From contig JBNRSN020000031.1 in the NCBI GenBank assembly GCA_051313645.2, forward strand, positions 18,662,001 through 18,726,000: a stretch of DNA of 64,000 bases, in the 5' to 3' direction. The position numbers and the translations under genes were made by a program. Below are positions 47,935-61,675 of this stretch, one piece after another (the stretch's first letter is position 1; every line of letters starts with the position of its first letter). This DNA is from Centroscyllium fabricii (Eukaryota). The notes beneath the pieces were generated by a model. That model had not been told where the DNA came from, did not search any database, and worked only from the letters and a program-made list of their open reading frames with translations.

Positions 47935-49152
47935 AGAAGTAGGTGCAGGAGTCGGCCATACGGCCCCTCGGGCCTGCTCCGCCATTCAATAGGATCGTGG
48001 CTGATCCGAACTTAGACTCACGTCCACTTCCCTGCCCGCTCCCCGTAACCCCTTATTCCCCTATCAACTAGGAAACTGTCTATCTCCGTTTTAAATTTAT
48101 TTAATGTCGCAGCTTCCACAGCTCTCTGAGGTAGTACATTCCATAGATTCACTACCCTCTGAGTGAAGAAGTTTCTCCTCATTCTCAGTTTTGAAAGGGC
48201 AGCCCCTTATTCTCAGATTAGGCCCCCTAGTTCTAGTCTCACCCATCAGTGGAAACATCCTCATCACATCCACCCGATCAAGCCCCCTCACAATCTTATA
48301 TGTTCCGATAAGATCGCCTCTCACTCTTTTGAACTCCAATGAGTAGAGGCCCAACCGACTCAACCTTTCCTCATAAGTCAACCCCCTCATCTCCGGAATC
48401 AACCGAGTGAATCTTCTCTGAACTGCCTCGAGAGCAAGTATATCTTTTCTTAAATATGGAAACCAAAACTGTACGCAGTATTCCAGGTGTGGCCTCACCA
48501 GTACCCTGTATAACTGCAGCAAGACTTCCCCGCTTTTATACTCCACCCCCTTGCAATAAAAGCCAAGATTCTATTGGCCTTCCTGATCACCTGCTGTACC
48601 TGAAAATAACCTCCTGTGTTTCATGCACCAGGACCCCCAGATCTCTTTGTGCTGTAACACTTTGCAGTTTCTCTCCATTTAGAAAATAACTTGCTCTTGA
48701 TTGTTTTCTGCCAAAGTGCATAACCTCACACTTTCCAACATTCTATTCCACCTGCCAAATTTTTGCCCACTCACTTAGCCTGTCTATGTCCCTTTGCAGG
48801 TTTTTTATGTCCTCCTCACTCACTGCTTTCCCTCCCATCTTAGTATCGTCTGCAAACTTGGATACGTTGCACCCGGCCCCTTCCTCCAAAATCGTCAATA
48901 TAGATTGTAAAGAGTTGGGGTCCCAGCACTGACCCCTGCGGAACACCACTAGTCACTGATTGCCAATCCGAGAATAAACAATTTATTCCAACTCTCTGTT
49001 TTTTGTTAGAAAGCCAATCATCCACCCATGCCAGTATATTACCCCCAATCCCGTGATTTTTTATCTTGTGCAGTAATCTTTTGTGTGGCACCTTGTCAAA
49101 TGCCTTTTGGAAGTCCAAATACACCACATCCACTGCTTCCCCTTTATCCACC
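47935..49152 (-). mobile_element. 5'-truncated CR1/HER1 LINE
   Basis: VDVVYLDFQKAFDKVPH, GVPQGSVLGP, KFADDTK, VRPHLEYCVQFW and the HER1-type tail. Confidence 0.92.
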
Positions 49153-50425
49153 AATAGGCTGCTAACGCTCACTGGGTTCAAGCATAAGGAATGCCCCCTT
49201 AAGCGAGGTACCGGAGGGGACTGTTGGTGCCTACACGCTGCACCCTAGCAAGTGCCAGCACCTTTTAGGAGAGATGGGGAGAAAATTTGCCAAAACAAAT
49301 GTACCCATCTCAGAAACGATCATTTGGGGAGAGGCACGGCAAGAGAGAACAGTGTTTGGATATTTTGCTGTATTTGGGGAAAACTCTGCTGTCTTTGGCC
49401 TTTGTGAGTGGACTTCGTCATTTGTTTTAGCAGGCTATGACTTTTAGTACCTTTTTTAGAAGTTTTCTTTAAGTAGCAAATTAACTTCTGCAAATATTTA
49501 TACCATGTAACCACTTAACGTGATGGGTGTACCTAAATGTAGTTGTTGGTTTAAATTTGAAATGTCCAGCAAAATACGGAAAACTAAACATCCATTTGGC
49601 AATTTTGAACCTTAAAAAGGAAGGCCTGACACTGCAAGGTTTAACGGTCACTGATGTACTGTGTATGTTGGAATAAATACAAATACTGTTTTGAAAGAAA
49701 GTTACAGAAGCTTTGTCGTATTATGGCAGCACAATCTGCTGCAAATCAGCAAACGGGGCAAGAAGTGTTTAACGCAGCCCCGAAGCCTTGAATGTTTTTG
49801 CGCAAAAAAATAATAATTTTGCCGAGACACTTCGATTCATCTGCGGAAAAGCATGTCGGCCATGTAACAAAACAATTGCTGTTGTCTAGCATTTCACAGC
49901 TCATGTTACACTATAGGAGCAGATGGACCCTGTATCATCATCGTCATCATGCACACTAGCAGCTGTTAAGTTTGTATCCCACACAGAGCGATGAGGTAAG
50001 TTCACACTTCAGACAGAGTAAAACTAGAGAGTTTTAAAATTCCTATGCGGCCACGCACTTTATAATGTGGTCTGTTAGCCACTTGGTGGATGCATTTCTG
50101 GAGAGAGGATGGGTTCAGCTGGGCCTACATGCACTTAGATATTCACTGCTGCTACTCTGGGGTGGTATATGGGACCACCCTGAGATACCTTTTGGTGGAG
50201 AGTCTTCAGCTTCTGCTTTGGACTGCCTAAAGTTGGCAGGGCTAAGACTGGAACAATGTGCTGTGTGAGGGAATTGCATTCATTGACGAGCTACGTCTGC
50301 CTCCTGTTGGGGAAGGGGCGTGTTGAATGTGCCGTGCATGTAGCCTGATTTCCATGCTCCAAGTAAGTACCTGCCAGTTTCAGAAATAGTTCAGTGCAAG
50401 CAAGCCAGCCAACATCCAGTTGGTA

Positions 50426-50778
50426 CAGGTCAGACACCGTTAATCCGGCACGGGCGGGACCAGTCCGGTGCCGGACAAGTGAAAACTCCCGAACGATTGA
50501 AGCTTCGGCGAGCGCATGCGCAGACCATTCAAAATGGCCGCCGCGAAGCATTTTGAATGGTCTGCGCATGCGCTCGCTGAAGCATCAATCGTTTGGGACC
50601 ATTCAAAATGGCCGCCGCAAAGGCCGGCGGCCATTTTGAATGGTCTGCGCATGCGCTTGCTGAAGCATGAATTGTTCGGGGAGGCCCGTGCATACGCAGC
50701 CATTTCGCACATGCGCAGACCAGTCGGCCGGATTCGTTCCGGACGACCGAAGTTAGCGGATTACCAGTGCCAGGACTG
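50426..50778. mobile_element. Tigger-like MITE
   Basis: TA-CAGGTCAGACACCGTTAATCCGG; degenerate right TIR+TA; two nested palindromic modules. Confidence 0.82.
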
Positions 50779-50829
50779 TACGTGAGCAGAAAGGTGCATT
50801 TTTACCACCACCACTGTACAGACGTTTAA

Positions 50830-51081
<252 letters not shown>

Positions 51082-51987
51082 TAATTTCAATCTGCTTTGC
51101 TGATGCTAGCAATTCAAATGAAAACTTTACCAACTAATACCTCTGCATTAGAGAGATTAAAATTAGTAGAATAAATGAAATACGTCGTAGAAATTTCTGG
51201 TAGGATTGGACTACCCCTTTGTTGAAGCATCAAATGAACACGCTGAGGATTGTGTCTCTGTTGGGAATCTCTCTTAATCTTCAGAATATGAAATATAGCA
51301 TGTTGGCTTGTTCTCCTGACCTCCCTCCCTTGCTTATTTTTGCCCCTTTTTTCCTTGTGGGGTACAGGTTGCTTCTGGTACCTCACCGTCCAACCCCGAT
51401 CCAATCACCGTACAAATATTTTCCAGCAGGAAAACTGCCTTGTGATCAAGAGAATGGATTTTTCCTTTTCCCAACTTGGAGTTGAGGGAAAAAAGTTGTA
51501 GCATGCCTTCCAGGGCGCTGTGGTAGAATCCAGTTAATTCATCGCCGACAAGAAATTGAACCTGGGACCTTCGCGGTCCGTGTGGCTCGGCTACAGAGCA
51601 AATCTATCTATTTAAAAGAAAAAAACTCATTAATGTTTCTACTCATTGGTCCGAAACACAAGATGGTAAAAATGATCAAACCACGAGCCTGATCCGGTTT
51701 CACTCAATTTTCCGAGGAAGTTTTTAACAAGAATTCGGGAGACACTTCTTTACCCATAGAGTAATGAGAATGTGGAACTTGCTACAACGAGGAGTGCTTG
51801 AGGCGATTGAATAGAAGGATGTGCAGATAGGGTCAGATGACGTCGGGTGGAAGGAGGCTCGCGCGGAGCAGAAGAATGACCCGTTTACTGTGCTGTAAAT
51901 TCAGTGTAATTTTTACGTAAAAGCGTTAACCATGTACATGGCTAAATTTGTCCCAGTAAAACTTTAGCTTTGCTCCCAATCCTCTAG

Positions 51988-52122
51988 TTTGGAAGCCTGG
52001 ATCAGAAGCTGGCGTTAGCGCAACGTATCCGTGGACACGTTCTCTCTTTGGCGCTGCAGATGTACGGCTGTCGTGTGATACAGAAGGCTCTGGAATCTAT
52101 TCCCCCAGACCAGCAGATCATT
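51988..52122 (+). CDS. PUM1: PUM1 exon (~17): [45 protein letters not shown] (PUF repeat 3)
   Basis: ctctag acceptor, GTAAGA donor, 135 nt. Confidence 0.95.
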
Positions 52123-52687
52123 GTAAGATTGAACTTGTAACCTGAATGTTTGGCCCAGGTATTGATTTTGGGCATGTTACTGGAGATTTTCCACTGGGGC
52201 ACATGCTAGGAGTCAAATATATGGGAAAATTGCACACACTTCTGTCCGTTAATTTTAATGGGTGGAAAGTCCCAGATTGGGTGTGTAATTTCCTGGGAAA
52301 GCCAAAATGGAAAATCTCCCCTCTGTACAGTTTACTAAGCTGATTCGGACAGCAATTTTTTTCCTTCTGATTCACAGTTCACTGAGCAAGCTGGTTAGGA
52401 GCAAGTCGAATTTCAGATATGTTTGTTTAATGTCAAATATCGAAATACTTTTTATTATTTAAAACTCCCCACTTCAAACTAAAGTCAGTTATTTGCGTCT
52501 GTTGCTCTGTAATCCAGCCAGGAAATCATAGGGAACTGTTTTCCCGAAACATAATCTGTCCAGAGTCCACACAGCCTTACTCTCGAGTGGCCTGCCTCAC
52601 CAGCGCTTGTCTTTCTTCACACTACACTTAACCCTGGGCCACTTTTTATTATTATTTGTGTATGCTAAATGTCATGTTTTTGTAATC

Positions 52688-53030
52688 ATAGAATAGTACA
52701 GCAAAGAAGGCGGCCATTTGGCCCATCCAGTGCACCAGTCTTTGAAGAGCAATCCAGTTCGTTCCACTCCCCCGCTCTTTCCCCATTTCCCTGCAATGTT
52801 TTCTCCATCAAGTATTTATCCAATTCCCTTTTGAAGGCTACCATTGAATGGCTACCATTGAATCTGTATCCACCACAGTGCATTTCAAATCCTAATCACT
52901 ATTTGCAAAAAAAAAAATTCCTCATGTCATCTCTAGCTCTTTTGCCCATCGCCTCAAATCTGTACCATCTGGTTATCGACCCTTCAGCCATTGGAAACAG
53001 TTTCTCTTTATTTACTCTCATTTAACCCTT
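52688..53030 (-). mobile_element. CR1 3' fragment
   Basis: Degenerate AFKRELDKYL C terminus and tail. Confidence 0.65.
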
Positions 53031-54003
53031 CATGCGTGTCCTAGGCCCAACCATCTTCACCTACTTCATCAATGACCTTCCCTCCATCATAAGATTAGAA
53101 GTGGGGATGTTCACTGATGATTGCACAGTGTTCGGTTCCAATCACAACTCCTCAGTTGATGAAGCAATCTGTGGCCGTATGCAGAAAGACCTGGACAACA
53201 TTCAGGCTTGGGCTGATAAGTGGCAAGTCACATTCGCGCCACACAAGTGCCAGGCAATGACTATCTCCCGACAAAAGAGTCTAACAACCTCCCAATGACA
53301 TTTAACGGCATTACCGTCACCAAATCCCCCCACCTTCAACATCCTGGGGGTCACCGTTGACCAGAAACTTAACTGGACCAGCCATATAAATACTTTGGCT
53401 ACAAAAGCAGGTCAGAGGTTAGGTATTCTGTGTCGAGTGACTCACCTCCTGACTCCCCAAAGCCTACAAGGCACAAGTAAGGAGTGTGATGGAACGCTCT
53501 CCACCTTCGTGAGTGCAGCTCCAACAACACTTGACGAAGCTCGACACCATCCAAGACAAAGCAGCCTGCTTGATTGGCACCCCATCCATCATCTTAAAGA
53601 TTCACTCCCTCCACCACCAGCGTACCGTGTCTGCAGTGTGTACCATCTGCAAGATGCACTGCAGCAACTCGCCAAGGCTTCTTCGACAGCACCTCCAAAA
53701 CCCGCGACCTCTTCCACCTAGAAGGACAAGGGCAGCAGGTGCATGGGAACACCACTACCTCCAAGTCACACACCATCCTGACTTGGAAATATATCACCGT
53801 TCCTTCATCGCCACTGCGTCAAAATCCTGGAACTCTCCCCCTAACCGCGCGGTGGGAGTACCTTCACCACACGGACTGCAGCAGTTCAAGAAGGCGGCTC
53901 ACCACCACCTTCTCAAGGGCAACTAGGGATGGGCAATAAAAGCAGGTCAGAGGCTGCTGGGTTTTGCCAGTGACACCCACATCCTGGGAATGAATTAAAA
54001 AAT
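53030..54003 (+). mobile_element. CR1/L2-group LINE 3' portion (RT pseudogene)
   Basis: VLGPTIFTYFINDLP..MFTDDCTV..QKDLDNIQAWADKWQVTFAPHKC, followed by the 3' tail. Confidence 0.85.
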
Positions 54004-54290
54004 GAATTTAATTTCCGTTTCTAGCTACAGTTTAATCTATTTGGCACTTATTTTAACCAGCATTCACTTCTAATCGGCATGTACCTTATTCTCCAGAATG
54101 GCAAAAATCTAGCGCCACAATAATATATTCTGCGTTATATCATCTAATTTCCCCTCTCCTTACAGAGTGCTTCCCTTGACTATGGTGAGCTTTGCATGGG
54201 GGGGAGCTGTGTGTTTGTTTTGGATATTTGAAAATATTGACTTAAATTAATTTTTCATTCAGCTACAGAATGCACATTTCACAACCCTGA

Positions 54291-54689
54291 GGGCGGCACG
54301 GTGGCATAGTGGTTAGCACTGTTGCCTTACAGCACTGGAGACCCGGGTTCAAATCCAGCCTCGGGTGACTATTTGTGTGGAGTTTGCACATTCTCCCCGT
54401 GTCTGCGTGGGTTTCCTCCGGGTGCTCCGGTTTCCTGCCACAGTCCAAAGATGTGCGGGTTAGGTTGATTGGCCAGGATAAATTGGCCCTTACTATTAGG
54501 TGGGATTACTTATATGTGGGGTTACGGGGATAGGGTGGGATGTGTGTCGGTGCAGGCTCGGTAGGGGTATGGGGGCATGGCAGGGGCGGGGTACTGGGTT
54601 TGGATGATCAGCCATGATCTCATTGAATGGCAGAGCAGGCTCGAAGGGCCGAATGGCCTACTCCTGCTCCTATCTTCTATGTTTCTATG
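54291..54689 (+). mobile_element. Full-length HE1-like SINE
   Basis: A/B boxes, V-domain, tail ending CTATCTTCTATGTTTCTATG. Confidence 0.9.
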
Positions 54690-54954
54690 AATGTGCTTCA
54701 CACATTAATTGATATATGGGGCAGATTTCATCAGTTTAAAATGACTGAGTCTTGAAGGTAGACTTTTTATCAAGGAATGGAATGTTAAAAGATCTCTAAA
54801 ACACCTCAAGAAATGAGATGAAGAAAATATCTGTACAATGTATAGTGTGAGAGAGATAATGAGTTGGGTCATTGACCTAATCCAGCAGGGAATGTTTGAC
54901 TTGAAGCGTAACCTTTATCAATGTTACTTTCTGCATCTCCCCTATGGTATACAG

Positions 54955-55092
54955 AATGAAATGGTGAAGGAGCTTGATGGGCATGTCCTGAAATGCGTCA
55001 AAGATCAGAATGGGAACCATGTGGTACAGAAGTGCATTGAATGTGTACAGCCACAATCTCTGCAATTCATCATTGATGCTTTCCAAGGGCAG
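54955..55092 (+). CDS. PUM1: PUM1 exon (~18): [46 protein letters not shown] (PUF repeat 4)
   Basis: tacag acceptor, GTAGGA donor, 138 nt. Confidence 0.97.
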
Positions 55093-55313
55093 GTAGGACC
55101 TGCTGAGAACCTGATTGTGTTTTGTGACTAATTTTGTCCCTCCCTTACATTGACACTCGGGGATTCCCGCTGGGCTATGGTACTGCTGGCACCTGGCCAT
55201 TCGTTGTGTGTGAACCTGGATAGACGGGATCAATATGCAGTCCAACTTTGCAAAGGCCGGCTCTCGGCACAGGCCAGGAATTAAACCTAGGCGGGGGCTC
55301 GGTTACACACTGG

Positions 55314-55670
55314 TTTGGATTGGATTGGATTCGCTTTATTGTCATTACACAGTACAAGTAAAATGCAACGAAATTAGGTGTGTCCAACCAGAGTGCAAAC
55401 AGCAGTTATATGCATATATACAAATAATAATACACAGTAAAAGAGTATATACAGTAAGTGCAGGGGGTAGACATGCCGTAAAAAATAGACTATATAAAAG
55501 GTATATTCGCTATGATCTTATGTACAAACAGGTTAAGAACATAGTGGCATCTCATGATCTTCAAGGGCTAGGCAGTATGAGACGGGGTGGAGTTCTTTGT
55601 CAACAGTCTTGACAGCTGAGGGGAAGAAGCCGTTAATAGTCCTGTTGGTTCTGCCCGGGAGGCTGCGATA
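55314..55670 (-). mobile_element. Rex1-like LINE 3' end
   Basis: (TTGGA)n tail next to TTTATTGTCA, and the reverse complement of an NGFFPSAV-like C terminus. Confidence 0.6.
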
Positions 55671-55909
55671 GCTAGTTTCACCGAGCAAAGCATCAGTAGA
55701 ACTCTGGTTCCATTTTCCAAACCGAGCTACTATCCATAGGAAGGGTCCAAGTTACACTTTACAATGTATAATACAACAGAAAAGCAAATAAGTTAGATAC
55801 AAATTAAAATGATCATTCAGATGCACTTTCAGAATAGCTGCATTTTTTGCCAGTTAGTTCTCAGCTGTGTAGCACTAATTTAATAATGTGGTCAGAAAAA
55901 AAGGGACCA

Positions 55910-56227
55910 CAGGTTGAGCACTGTTAATCCGGCACCCTCGGGACCAGGCCGGTGCCGGACCACTGAAAATTTTGAACCACTGAAGGTTCGGGGGGAGTGC
56001 ACGGTAGACCCCGGGGCCTGGAGCGCGCAGTAGAACACTCCCCGGGAGGGAGCCCGGGGATAGAACACTTACAAAACCGTAAAAAACAGAAACCCAAATG
56101 CCCGACGCCTTCGGTGCTCGCTTACCCTTCGCGGGAAACGGTGGCGCCGCCGAGCGGCAGTTTCCGATTGTGCCGGACCACTGAAGTTGCCGGACCATCA
56201 GGTGCCGGATAACCGGTGCTCAACCTG
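55910..56227. mobile_element. Tigger-like MITE
   Basis: CAGGTTGAGCACTG ... CCGGTGCTCAACCTG-TA; reverse-oriented relative of 12566-12870. Confidence 0.87.
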
Positions 56228-56559
56228 TACTTGTATAAATGATGGTATGTGTAAATGACCTTTATGAAATTGTACGATTTCACCTCGGTGTTGATGAGGA
56301 TTTAATTATGAGTCCTTCCTCGTGCGTTGCAATGTACAGTGAGCATTATTATGCATCCCTTTTTAGAGGAATTGTAAATGCATGTTAGTCATTAGGAAAT
56401 CACAAATGAGGGGCTCTGTCTGGTGGGATATTCAACAACGTGGCTTTGTATTTTAAGTTGCAAGATGGTGACTAGTGCAAGACAGTATAGAACTACATAT
56501 TTAGTAGTAAACTAGATGAGTGACGTATGAGCGGTATAGATACAATGTGTATGACCTGA

Positions 56560-57480
56560 ATGTGGGAAAGTAAGCTGTGAGGAGCACACAAAGAGCCTGC
56601 AAGGTGATGTAGATAGGTTAAGAGAATGGGCGATAAGGTGGCAGGTGGAGTATAATGTGGGGAAATGTGAGGTTATTCACTTTGGTAGAAAAAATAGAAA
56701 AAACAATCTTTTTAAATAGTGAGAAGCTGTTAAATGTTGGTGTTCAGAGAGATTTCGGTGTCCTCGTACAGGAAACGCGGAGAGTTAACAAGCAGGTACA
56801 ACAAGCAGTTAGGAAGGCAAATGGCATGTTGGCCTTTATTGCAAGTGGATTGAAGTACAAGAGTGAGGAAGTCTTACTCCGATTGTACAGGGCTTTGGTG
56901 AGACCACACCTGGAGTACTGTGGTGAGACCACACCTGGAGTACTGTGCACAGTTTTGGTCTCCTTAACTGAGAAAGGATATACGTGCCTTCGATGCGGCG
57001 CAGCGAAGGTTCACGAGATTGATCCCTGGGATGAGAGGTTGTCCTGTGAGGAGAGATTGTGTAGAATGGGGCCGATACTCTCTGCAGTTGAGAGGAATGA
57101 GGTGATCTCACTGAAACATGTAAGATTCTGATGGTGGAGTGACAGGGTCGATGCTGAGAGGTTGTTTCCCCCTGGCTGAAGAGTCTCGACCTAGGGGTCA
57201 CAGTCTCAGGATAAGGGGCCGGCCATTTAAGACTGAGATGAGGAGGAATTTCTTTGCTCAGAGGGGTGTGAATCGGTCTCTACCCCAGAGGGCTGTGGAT
57301 GCTGAGCTGTTGAGTATATTCAAGGCTGAGATCGATAGATTTTTGGACTTTAGGGGAATCAAGGGAATGGGGATCGGGCGAGAAAGTGGAGCTGATGTAG
57401 GAGATCAGCCATGATCTTATTGAATGGCGGAGCAGGCTTGACGGGCCATTTGGGCTACTCCTGCTCCTAATTCTTATGTG
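56560..57480 (+). mobile_element. CR1/HER1 LINE 3' portion
   Basis: VRKANGMLAFI..VRPHLEYC and the tail; contains a short internal tandem duplication at ~56897-56948. Confidence 0.88.
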
Positions 57481-57944
57481 GTCTTTTGAGAACGGTGAGG
57501 TATTCAAGCTGTGGAGATGATTTAGAGAAGAGCCTCAAAACACAACCATGACTGTCACAAGAGATATCAGCAAAGCCTGGAGAAATTTGGGCATTTATTC
57601 TTGAAAGGAGGTGACAGAGATGATCTAGGTATATACGGCATTAAATGGTGGGAGAGGTGCAGCTGAAACACTAATTCAAAGGTACAAACTAGGAAACTTT
57701 TTCACACGGTGTGATCAATGTAAAGAATGGACTTGGGCAGAGCAGTTGGGACAACCCATTGGAATCACTTAAGCAGTTCGACAATGTGATCGGACTGTGT
57801 AGTCTTTCTGGATAGGTTGCCATCTTATGGTAATAAATAAAATGGTGATTTTTGATTACGTCATAAATTTACTCTGTGCATGTTGCTTTAAACCATTTCC
57901 CCCCGTTAAAACCCGTTGCTGAGCTGTTTGGTTTTGTCCAAAAG

Positions 57945-58070
57945 GTGTTTGCCCTATCGACTCATCCATATGGCTGTCGTGTTATCCAGAGGATCTTGGA
58001 GCATTGCATGCCTGAGCAGACATTGCCTATTCTGGAGGAGCTCCACCAGCATACTGAGCAGTTAGTTCAG
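57945..58070 (+). CDS. PUM1: PUM1 exon (~19): [42 protein letters not shown] (PUF repeat 5, start of 6)
   Basis: AAG acceptor, GTATGT donor, 126 nt. The next exon (DQYGNYVIQ...) was not found in the window. Confidence 0.96.
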
Positions 58071-58479
58071 GTATGTGCCCTCATTCACACTGAGACTAAG
58101 GCAGCTGGCAATGTATGTTGCTGTAACGTTACGCACTGGCCGGGGCAGCAAAGATAAGAGAAGCAAGACTCAACGCTGGCTGTTATGTTTCCCAATTGAA
58201 GTGTCTTCGATAAACCATGACATCTGACCCACTTCGAAATGCAGCAGCCCTATTAGACAGTGACTCTGAATCTTGACTTGCACTAATATAGTCGTGCACA
58301 TCAGACTATCTGCTGGCCTGAGACTCTATTCTGGTGTGCTTGGATTCCAGTTCAAGAGTATTGATATTATGGCAGTGCAGGTTTCAGAAACCTTCAACAC
58401 AGGGTAACTCAAAGTTCACACAATCGGCCACGTGTAGTTTGAGAGTTTTGATTATTTGTTGATGATTCTGCCATCGCCA

Positions 58480-58790
58480 TTTACATCTCATCAAGAGTCA
58501 TCTTTTGTTTCTTAACTTGTCCCATTACCATCTCCTTTTGCCTCGCACCATCATCCCTTTTGTCATTTAATCTCTCCTGCCTTCCAACTTATCACAGACC
58601 TTCCCTTTTGTTCTTTCCTCCCCTCCCCCCCTCTCCCTGCCCTCTACACTTGCTTAAAAATCTGTTACTTCCAGTTCTGACGAAGGGTCATAGACCTGAA
58701 ACGTTAACTCTGTTTCTCTCACCTTGATGCTGCCCTGGCCTTTTCCCAGCCTTTTCTGTTTCATATTTCCAGCATCCACAGCATTTTGCT
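58480..58790 (+). mobile_element. Penelope-like pLTR fragment, family B, with intact hammerhead-like core
   Basis: Pyrimidine-rich leader, then AGTT-CTGACGA-A-GGGTC-ATA-GACCT-GAAA-CG-TT-AACT. Confidence 0.62.
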
Positions 58791-59303
58791 GTTGTGTTGT
58801 GGCACCGTTTCGCGTTGGATGACGGTTACTTTCTGACTTTGTACAAGCGGTTATTCTTCACGTGCGTCCAGGCGATGAGGGTAGGCTATTGCCCCATTTG
58901 AGGCATTGTAACTGAACTTGATGCTGTCCTTGCCTGACAGCTGTCGTGCGCACTTGCACTGGATCACGATCAGGAATTGGAACCCTTTCTGTTTGTTTCC
59001 CCGCCCCCAGCAAAACAACTTGGGTGTACTCCCAATTTCTGCCGTGCCTGCGATCAGTTCAGTTAGCACAGACCAGGAATCGAACCTTCTGCGCTGACTG
59101 ACGTCGTGTTGCATCATGTGGTGTGTTTACTCACGAGGAGGAGCCCAGCCCGCACGTACTGATGATTCAAAGTCATATTTTTTGCTGCAAGTTATTTCAA
59201 TTGTCCCAATAATTTGAATAAGCGACGGAAAGAAAGATCTTGCATTTATGTAGCGCCTTTCACGATTCAGGAAATCTCAGTGGGCTTAACAACCAATGAA
59301 GTA

Positions 59304-59844
59304 CAGGAAACTCTTTGGTATCCGGCACCGACGGGACCGGCCTGTTGTCGGTTGATCCAAAATTCCAGATGACGGCGAGGGTTATCCACCGAGGCTATTT
59401 TTAACAAAGAAAATTTTAAAAAATCAAGAAATGTGCAGTGTACAGTAATTGGGTACTCACCTGCAGAATGCTGTGTTAAATGGATGGTGGAAGATGCTTG
59501 ATTAAGTACAGTGCTGCCAGTTGAGGGTAATGCAATGCAATGACTACCAGCAGCGTGGGAGACACACAGTACCCCCTGTAAAATGGCGGATCAGAAGAGA
59601 CTACCGGCAGCGCGGGAGAGCCAGACTCCTGTTACAGGGGGATTGAGGTGGTCCGACTCCCAACAGCGCCAAGAAGCCGAGTAGTGGCAGTTTGGAGAAC
59701 TACCCCCACTGATTAACTCGGCCACCACGGGAGACTCGGACTCGGCAACATTGCCGGTTATTGAGGCGTTGTTTTCGGATGAGAATTTTGCCGGTTAATA
59801 GAGAATTCCGGATATTTAGGTGCCGTTTAAACAAGAGTTTCCTG
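59304..59844. mobile_element. Tigger-like MITE, CAGGAAACTCTT subfamily
   Basis: TIR CAGGAAACTCTT/AAGAGTTTCCTG, TA TSD; removal restores the host repeat CCAATGAAGTACTTT seen intact at ~31456. Confidence 0.83.
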
Positions 59845-59931
59845 TACTTTGAATTGTAGTCATTGTAATCTAAACGCAGCGGCCAATTTACGCACCACAA
59901 GGTCCCACAATCGGCAGTGAGCTAATGACCA

Positions 59932-61258
59932 GTGATGTTGAAGCCCATGGAATAAAAGGGACAGTGGCAGCATGGATACGAAATTGGCTACGTGACAGGA
60001 AACAGAGAGTAGTGGAGGAAGGTGTACCCTTTGAGTCGGTACTGGGACCACTGCTTTTCTTGATATATATTAATGAATCGGACTTGGGTGTACAGGGCAC
60101 TATTTCAAAATTTGCAGTTGACACAAAACTTGGAAGTATATTGAACAGAGAGGAGGATAGGATAGGCGTAGACTTAAAGAGGACATCGACAGGCTGGTGA
60201 AATGGGCAGACACGTGACAGATGAAGTTTAACGCAGAAAAGTGCGCAGTGATGCATTTTGGTAGGAAGAACGAGGGGAGGCAATATAAACTGAAGGGTAC
60301 AATTCTAAAAGGGGGTTCATGAACAGAGAGACCTGGGGGGTATATGCACAAGTCGTTGAAGGTGGCAGGGCAGGTTGAGAAAGCAGTAAAAAAAACATGA
60401 GGGATCCTGGGCTTCATAAATAGAGGCACAGAGTCCAAAAGCAAAGACGTTACGATGAACCTTTTTAAAACACTGATTCGGCCACAACCGGAATATTGGG
60501 TCCAATTCTGGGCACTGCACTTTAGGAAGGATGTGAAGGTCTTAGAGAGGGTGCAAAAAAGATTTACAAGAATGGTTCCAGGGAGGAGGGACTTCAGTTA
60601 TGTGGATAGACTGGAGAAACTAGGAGCAGGAGTAGGCCATTCGGCCCTTCGAGCCTGCTCCGCCATTCAACGAGATCATGGCTGATCATCCAAACCCAGC
60701 ACCCTGTCCCTGCCTTGTCCCCATATCCCTCGATCCCTATCGAGCCTGCACCAACACACATCCCACCCTATCCCCGTAACCCCACATATTCAATCCCCCT
60801 AACACTAAGGGTCAATTTATAATGGCCAATTAACCTGACCCGCACATCTTTGGACTGTGGGAGGAAACCGGAGCACCCGGAGGAAACCCACGCAGACACG
60901 GGGAGAATGTGCAAACTCCACACAGATAGTACCCGAGGCTGGATTTGAACCCGGGTCTCCAGAGCTGTGAGGCAACAGTGCTAACCAACATAGCAACCCT
61001 TCGGAGCTGCTATTAGAAGTAAATAAAGAAGCTGGGGTTGTTCTCCTTGGAGCAGAAAAGGTTGAGAGGAGACTTGATAGAGGCATTCAAAAGCATAGAC
61101 AGAAACTGTTCCCCTTGGCGGAAAGGTCGAGAACCAAGAGGGCACAGATTTAAGGTGGTTGGCAGAAGATCCGAAGGCGACGTGAGGAAAAACTTTTTTT
61201 TACACAGCGAGTGGTTAGGATCTGGAATGTACTGCCTGAAAGGGTGGTGGAGGCAGAA
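59932..61258 (+). mobile_element. Degenerate CR1 LINE with a nested HE1-like SINE (60620-60992, - strand)
   Basis: AHGIKGTVAAWIRNWL, GPLLFLIYIN, RPQPEYWVQFWA; coding sequence resumes at ~61030. Confidence 0.85.
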
Positions 61259-61675
61259 AAATGTGAATTCAGCATATTGTCCGACCCAACACCTCTCGTT
61301 CTCAGTCTCTTACTCTTTTGGTGTTACCAGGAATTCTGATCATGCACTGTATTTGAACCTGTGATGCACTGATTTGTAGTGTTGCAGGCCAAGCAGCGGT
61401 GCTACAGTAAATGCTTGTGATAACTGGAGCTTCTCAGCATTTGAACACTGAGCTGTTCTTTTAAGGACAAGTGACATACTGCTGGCATGGGAAACGGCAA
61501 CCCTTCGGAGATGCTTTTAGAAGTAAATATTTGAGGATTGTTGGCTTCATAAGGCACCGTGGGGGACATTTTAGTTGTTCCTGCTGATACAGGGTAAGTA
61601 ATTGAACAACAGCAAAAATACTGCAGAGGCTGGAAATTTGAAATAAAAGCAAAAAATGCCAGAAATGCTCAGCAG

